Positions 58,800 to 64,000 of a stretch of DNA of 64,000 bases are shown one piece after another. The translations under genes were made by a program, and so were the position numbers. Origin of the DNA: an uncultured Ignavibacteriaceae bacterium (GTDB taxonomy: Bacteria > Bacteroidota > Ignavibacteria > Ignavibacteriales > Ignavibacteriaceae); the NCBI GenBank assembly GCA_964530445.1, contig CAZHBJ010000001.1, forward strand, positions 4,763 through 68,762, read 5' to 3'. How positions within the stretch are numbered: position 1 is the first letter of the stretch; each line of letters starts with the position of its first letter. Under the pieces are notes generated by a model. The model was not told the DNA's origin, did no database searches, and saw only the letters and a program-made list of their open reading frames with translations.

Positions 58800-61700
58800 A
58801 TGGAAAAGATATTAATAGTTGAAGATGAAGCAATTGTAGCCCTGGAACTGAAAAGCAGGTTGACTGATCTGGGGTATTCGGTTTGCGGGACGGTAACTTC
58901 CGGCAGCGAAGCTATAAAAACAGCTGAAGAACAAAACCCTTCAATAATATTAATGGATATTAATATAAAAGGTCCGATTGACGGAGTTGAAACCGCCGAA
59001 AAGATAAAAAATATTTATGATATTCCTATAATTTTCCTAACTGCTTTTAGTGATTCCGGTACATTGGAAAGAGCTAAGATAACGGAACCGTACGGGTATA
59101 TTGTTAAGCCCTTTGAAGAAAGAGAGCTCCATACGGCAATAGAAATTGCCATATACAAGCATAATATGGAAAAAAAACTAAGGGATAGTGAAAGGAAATT
59201 ATCCATTACACTTAAAAGCATAGGTGATGCTGTTATTGCAACGAATAATAAAGGAAAGATTAATTATCTGAACCCTGCTGCGGAATTCTTAACATCCTGC
59301 AAATTCAGCGAAGTATTAGATAAATATGTACTGGATATATTTTGTATAGAAGATAAAATAACCTATACGGAAGCAGACAATTCAATTAGAGAATTGCTTA
59401 CAAATGGAACCACAAAATATTTCCCGCCAACCATAACGCTTTCTTGTAAAGAAAATAAACACAGAATAATGGAAGCAAATGCTTCTGCAATGATAGATAA
59501 TAATTCGTGTATCACCGGGATAGTCTTGGTATTCCGGGATATTACGGAAAAATTTATAACGGAGGCTGCTTTACTTGAATCCGAAAAGAAATACAGGGAA
59601 GTTATTGAAAATGCATCTGATGTAATTTTTGGTTTAAACATTAATTGGGGGTTTATTTATGCCAATCCGGCGGCAATAAAAATCACCGGGTATTCAAAGG
59701 AAGAGCTGAGTAAATTGAATTTCTTCAATCTTCTATTACCCGAATACAAAACTCAATGTAAGTTTAAGCTGATTAAACAGTATTTAAGCAAAGAAAAAAC
59801 ATCTTTTATCGAATATCCTTTCAAATCGAAGTCCGGCAAAATTATATGGTTTGCCCAGAATAATAATTTAATGATTGAAGAGGATAAAATTATCGGTTTC
59901 GACATTATTGCAAGAGATATTACCGAGAAAAAAATAGCGGAAAAAACATTAAGTGATAGAAATAGATTTATCGAAACAGTATTGCAGAATATTAAAGTCG
60001 GGCTTAGCGTGCACAAAATAGGCAGCGGGAAAATAATTTATACGAATTCCGAGTTCAAAGATATATTCGGATATTCAAATAGCGAATTGAACTCAACAGG
60101 TGAGCTTTTTGATTTGGAAATACCGGATCCCAAAATAAGAAAAGAAATAAAATATAAAATTCTAAGAAATCTTCTATCCTCCAAAACAATGAGCGGCAGA
60201 TGGGATAATATAAATATATATCCGCCGCAATCTGGTAAAAAAGTCATTTCCATATCAACCACTTCACTGCTTGACCAGAATATAGTTATTGCAACTACTC
60301 AAGATATAACATTTAAAAAGGCTGCTGATGAGAAGATTTTAAGGCTGTCTTATGCCGTAGATCAGAGCCCGGCAGCAGTACTGATTACAAATTCCTCCGG
60401 TAAAATAGTCTATGCAAACCCCAAATGTCAGGAGATAAGCGGATATGCTTACGACGAAATGATTGGAATGCGCCCTTGTGCTTTCCATACACCGGAACAT
60501 CAGCCTGATGAAAACCATGATATTACCAAGGCTGTTAAATTAGGTAAAGAAATTAAAGGAGAATTTATTAGTTATAAAAAGGACGGAAGTTCTTATTGGG
60601 AATACGTAATAGTTTCTCCGATGAAGGATAATAAAAACAAGATTACTAATTTCATAATAATAAAACAGGATGTCAGCGACCAGAAACGTTTTCAGAATGA
60701 ATTAATTGCCGCCAAAGAAAAAGCCGAAGAAATGAATAGATTAAAATCGGTTTTTCTTGCAAATATGAGTCATGAACTAAGAACCCCAATGGTGGGAATT
60801 TTAGGTTATGCCCAAATTTTAAGGGATGAATTGACTGAGCCAGATAAAGTCGAGATGTCTGATCGCCTTATTAAATCGGGTAACAGGCTGCTTACAACAC
60901 TGGAATCTATATTGGAATTCTCGCAGCTGGAGTCGAAACAAGTAAATATGAACTTAACACATATTAACATTACGCAAAAAATTAATGAACTCGTCGATTA
61001 TTTCAGCGGCTATATAAGTGAGAAAAAATTAAAATTAAATGTAAACATTAATAATAATGATTTATGCGTGCTGGCAGATGAAAAGTTGTTTAGCCGAGGA
61101 CTTAAAAATATAATAGATAATGCCGTTAAATTTACTTTTAAAGGTGAAATTTCTATTGAAACAGATAAAGTTGTAGAAAACAATATAACGTGGGGAATTA
61201 TAAAAATATCGGATACTGGGATTGGTATTTCCGAAGAAAAACAAAAAATCATTTTTGAAGATTTCAGACAGGCCAGCGAAGGGAAGGACAGAAGTTTCGA
61301 AGGCAACGGTCTCGGATTGACTATTTCGAATAAGATAATAAAAATGCTTAACGGATATATTAAAGTAGAAAGCCTGCCCGGAGAAGGTTCTTTATTTACA
61401 GTTTACCTGCCTGTCGTTGGTGAAAATAAAACTAAAATTATAAAGCCGCCTATTGTAACTGTTAAAAGGGAGACAAGAATTACCAAAGACCATTTACCGG
61501 TTATTCTATTGGTTGAAGATAATGAGATGAATAAGCAAGTAATTGAAATTTATCTTAAAAATATTTGTTCCGTAGACTATGCAAAGGACGGCGAAACGGC
61601 TATTCAATTGGCATCTCAAAAGAAATATAATTTTGTACTTCTGGATATAAATTTAGGCAAAGGTATGAGCGGGGTGGATGTAATGAAAAGATTAAAAAAG

Positions 61701-61883
61701 GATTTCGGGTACGACGATGTACCGTTTATTGCAATTACGGGATACGCAATGTTCGGAGATAAGGAAATACTGCTTGAAGAAGGATGTTCTTATTATTTAT
61801 CCAAGCCGTTTATGAAAAAAGATTTGACTAATTTGGTTGAAGAGATTTTAAATACCGGTAAAAAGATTTCTGAATTTAATTAA
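58800..61883 (+). CDS. Hybrid sensor kinase: N-terminal receiver, about four PAS domains, HisKA, HATPase, C-terminal receiver
   Basis: 1027 aa. REC1: ILIVEDEAIVALEL...ILMDINIKG. PAS-like blocks start near residues 130, 255, 385 and 515. H-box FLANMSHELRTPM. G-box GNGLGLTISNK. REC2: ILLVEDNEMNKQV...VLLDINLGKGMSG. Confidence 0.85.
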   Translation: MEKILIVEDEAIVALELKSRLTDLGYSVCGTVTSGSEAIKTAEEQNPSIILMDINIKGPIDGVETAEKIKNIYDIPIIFLTAFSDSGTLERAKITEPYGYIVKPFEERELHTAIEIAIYKHNMEKKLRDSERKLSITLKSIGDAVIATNNKGKINYLNPAAEFLTSCKFSEVLDKYVLDIFCIEDKITYTEADNSIRELLTNGTTKYFPPTITLSCKENKHRIMEANASAMIDNNSCITGIVLVFRDITEKFITEAALLESEKKYREVIENASDVIFGLNINWGFIYANPAAIKITGYSKEELSKLNFFNLLLPEYKTQCKFKLIKQYLSKEKTSFIEYPFKSKSGKIIWFAQNNNLMIEEDKIIGFDIIARDITEKKIAEKTLSDRNRFIETVLQNIKVGLSVHKIGSGKIIYTNSEFKDIFGYSNSELNSTGELFDLEIPDPKIRKEIKYKILRNLLSSKTMSGRWDNINIYPPQSGKKVISISTTSLLDQNIVIATTQDITFKKAADEKILRLSYAVDQSPAAVLITNSSGKIVYANPKCQEISGYAYDEMIGMRPCAFHTPEHQPDENHDITKAVKLGKEIKGEFISYKKDGSSYWEYVIVSPMKDNKNKITNFIIIKQDVSDQKRFQNELIAAKEKAEEMNRLKSVFLANMSHELRTPMVGILGYAQILRDELTEPDKVEMSDRLIKSGNRLLTTLESILEFSQLESKQVNMNLTHINITQKINELVDYFSGYISEKKLKLNVNINNNDLCVLADEKLFSRGLKNIIDNAVKFTFKGEISIETDKVVENNITWGIIKISDTGIGISEEKQKIIFEDFRQASEGKDRSFEGNGLGLTISNKIIKMLNGYIKVESLPGEGSLFTVYLPVVGENKTKIIKPPIVTVKRETRITKDHLPVILLVEDNEMNKQVIEIYLKNICSVDYAKDGETAIQLASQKKYNFVLLDINLGKGMSGVDVMKRLKKDFGYDDVPFIAITGYAMFGDKEILLEEGCSYYLSKPFMKKDLTNLVEEILNTGKKISEFN

Positions 61884-61910
61884 AGTAAAAAATATTTTAC
61901 TTGCTGCAAG

Positions 61911-62552
61911 TTAAGGTGTATACATATTTGTAATGCTGTCCTGATTATCCCTGTAATATTTATAAGTGTTAAATTCCACTTTTACAATATTATATTTTTT
62001 TTCGGCTCTCTCTAGGAATTCCGAATCTTCACTGTAACTGAGATTTTTAAAACCATTCAGTTTTATAAAAACTTTCCGCTTTCCGAAAAAAGTAGCACCG
62101 ATAGTACATTTAGATAAGTGAATAAGATTATGGGGATAATTTTTATCACGCACATATTCACTGCCGATAATGTTTACACCCCCGTGAATTAAATCTACTT
62201 CGGGATGTTTTTCCATAAATTCTATACGCTTTAATATATGATCATTAGAATATTCATCATCGCTATCTAGGAAGGTAATAAAATCCCCGGTTGACAATTC
62301 AATACCTTTATTTCTGCTTAAAGGAAGTTTCATATTATCCTGTTGAACTACTTTTATATTTCGATGTCTTACTTCAAATTCCTTTAATATATCAATAGAG
62401 TTGTCAAGGCTTCCGTCATCAATAGCGATTAATTCCCAATCATCATATGATTGATTTAATACGGAATTTATACATCTTCTTAAATATTTAGCACGGTTAT
62501 AAGTTGTAAGTATTACAGATACTTTTGGTTGTGCCCAAGTTTTATTTTGCAC
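61911..62552 (-). CDS. Glycosyltransferase family 2
   Basis: 213 aa with a GTG start. Sequence VSVILTTYNRAKYLRRCINSVLNQSYDDWELIAIDDGSLDNS...FLDSDDE. Confidence 0.8.
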   Translation of the reverse strand: MQNKTWAQPKVSVILTTYNRAKYLRRCINSVLNQSYDDWELIAIDDGSLDNSIDILKEFEVRHRNIKVVQQDNMKLPLSRNKGIELSTGDFITFLDSDDEYSNDHILKRIEFMEKHPEVDLIHGGVNIIGSEYVRDKNYPHNLIHLSKCTIGATFFGKRKVFIKLNGFKNLSYSEDSEFLERAEKKYNIVKVEFNTYKYYRDNQDSITNMYTP

Positions 62553-62801
62553 TTTTCAGATTCTTTTTGTTTAGATTATAAAATATTAAATCTTATATCC
62601 CGTTTAATATAAAGACATCAAAATATCGTGTAAATATTATATAATTTCAATTTTTTGTTTTTACACTTTAATTAGGATCACCTTTTAAATTGAGCAGAAC
62701 AAAATAAGTCTATTAAGTTAATTGGAAATTATTAACATTCACTAGCGCATGTAAATAAAGACGAAGGGGCTTAAATTATATAAATATTTTAAAAGTTAAA
62801 T

Positions 62802-62829
62802 GCCGGGATTTTTTCCAGTTAATCCCGGC
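62802..62829 (-). terminator. Hairpin downstream of the 327-aa gene (weak terminator candidate)
   Basis: GCCGGGA-(14 nt)-TCCCGGC lies about 50 nt after the stop. The following tract on the minus strand (ATTTAACTTTT) is only moderately T-rich. Confidence 0.35.
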
Positions 62830-62880
62830 ATCATCATTAAGACTGCAAATTAAATACTTTGGTAATACGTTACTTTTGTT

Positions 62881-63864
62881 TTATGCATCATTTATATTAA
62901 GATAAACCATTGTCTGGTTTAATAGCTGATAGGCTATTTCACCGAAGGTTATTGGTCCTGTTATATCTGCGGTCTTTTTACCTTCAAGTTCCGAATAAAG
63001 ATAATTAAGAATACAATTACAGGTAAAGGCAGGAGTAATATTCAATTTGGAAATTTGTTCCGTAAAGGTGTTAACATAATTTTCTATCGGCTTAGCAATT
63101 TTGTATTCAATATTTTCGAATGCCGGAGCATAAAAGCTGACGGTCTTTTTAACTTTGTCAACGTTGCTGAAACTTGTATTAATCATTGCGCCGTAATAAT
63201 CGGCAACAAGCGGAAGCTTGGTATCAATTTTATTTTCCAGAAGATACTCTGCTAAATTTTTCTTACTGCCGTTTACAAAACATTCATCCGCGCTAAAACC
63301 TGTTTTGGGGAATGTAATTACATCTCCGTTTCCCTGTTCGAACAAATTAACTATATCAAGATTTGGTACTTTATTCTTCGGCAGTTCAACATGCATCGCA
63401 ACGGCCTGTAAGTCCGATTTTTTCCCCAGCATTCCGTTGAAAACTTTTGGTGTCTCTTTACCGACATCAGCCAGGTCTATTCCTGAAACCCAGCCGACAA
63501 GCGGACTAAGAAAAATATTTTTATAATGGTTGGAATTTTCCGCAAAGCTGGTATGTATGGAACTAAAACCGGGAATAATCAATATAGTATAACCGTTTTC
63601 GTATTCGTCGGAAGCTATATTAGGTAAAGATTTTTCATCATAAAATTTAATATTTATATTATTTGCAAATACCGGAACTTCATCTGCAAAGATTTTACTT
63701 TTGGTAAAAACTCCTCCTTCATCTCCCATAAAATAAGGTATTGTACCTCCTATCCATTTGCCTTTGGGAAGCTTGGCAAGCAGGTTTTCATCTGCAGCTA
63801 ATACTAAAGAATCTCCGTTTGTTATCTTTTTAATTACTTCATCAAGTGATAATAGTTTTTTCAT
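62881..63864 (-). CDS. Hypothetical cytoplasmic protein (327 aa)
   Basis: Long ORF with an ATG preceded by AGGAG. No signal peptide or TM helix. I do not recognise the family with confidence. Confidence 0.55.
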   Translation of the reverse strand: MKKLLSLDEVIKKITNGDSLVLAADENLLAKLPKGKWIGGTIPYFMGDEGGVFTKSKIFADEVPVFANNINIKFYDEKSLPNIASDEYENGYTILIIPGFSSIHTSFAENSNHYKNIFLSPLVGWVSGIDLADVGKETPKVFNGMLGKKSDLQAVAMHVELPKNKVPNLDIVNLFEQGNGDVITFPKTGFSADECFVNGSKKNLAEYLLENKIDTKLPLVADYYGAMINTSFSNVDKVKKTVSFYAPAFENIEYKIAKPIENYVNTFTEQISKLNITPAFTCNCILNYLYSELEGKKTADITGPITFGEIAYQLLNQTMVYLNINDA

Positions 63865-63872
63865 TTTCTCTC

Positions 63873-64000
63873 CTATCCCAACATTTGTTTAATATCGTTT
63901 TGGGCAATTTTTTCATTTTTTACAAAAAATTCATACACCTCATTAACACATTTATCCACATTTTGAGGCGAAGGATCATTCTTTGTACTTAGCAAAATAC
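63873..64000 (-). CDS. C-terminal 41 codons of a gene entering from the right edge (hypothetical)
   Basis: Hand translation of the minus strand gives ...ILLSTKNDPSPQNVDKCVNEVYEFFVKNEKIAQNDIKQMLG*. The stop is at 63873-63875, 8 nt before the next ATG. Too short to assign a function. Confidence 0.4.
   Translation of the reverse strand, partial: ILLSTKNDPSPQNVDKCVNEVYEFFVKNEKIAQNDIKQMLG

Overview
AT-rich chromosomal segment (roughly one-third G+C by eye) from a diderm bacterium. Gene content and the frequent absence of Shine-Dalgarno sequences suggest the FCB group (Ignavibacteria/Chlorobi/Bacteroidetes-like), but that is inference only. I support about 52 protein-coding genes in five strand blocks: 1-29446 minus, 29728-45207 plus, 45223-50455 minus, 50789-61883 plus, 61911-64000 minus. 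I see no rRNA, tRNA, CRISPR array, transposase or phage genes. Most of the window is core housekeeping. This includes xerC/D-like, a PgpH-like 7TM-HD hydrolase, ligA, rodZ-like, rsmB, rpmE, an ECF sigma/anti-sigma pair, holA and uppP. It also includes the rimP-nusA-infB-rbfA-truB-ribF-rpsO-pnp block, rng, gcvT, comB, ftsK and mscL. Several well-supported genes use TTG or GTG starts (both SSF transporters, the SpeE-like gene, rbfA, the first kinase, the GT2 gene and the 665-aa envelope protein). No obvious defence or mobile system is present. Eight things merit a second look. (1) An AmmeMemoRadiSam module whose radical SAM enzyme carries a twin-arginine signal and whose fused Memo-AMMECR1 partner carries a Sec signal; it is followed 11 nt downstream by a polytopic spermidine-synthase-like protein. 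(2) A run of uncharacterised secreted or lipoprotein genes around a predicted outer-membrane barrel fused to a transglutaminase-like domain. (3) A G+C-rich, about 177-nt structured element downstream of rpmE (small RNA or MITE). (4) An untracked 40-codon MetS-like small ORF between an NSS transporter gene and holA. (5) An intrinsic terminator inside the rimP-nusA-infB leader. (6) An output-less signalling locus: TolC-like, a decayed binding-protein fragment, two orphan PhnD-like binding proteins and three histidine kinases. (7) An MscL with a C-terminal CxxC-x10-CxxC tail. (8) That decayed third copy of the binding-protein gene, which carries an in-frame stop. All functional calls rest on motif recognition by eye; no searches were run.
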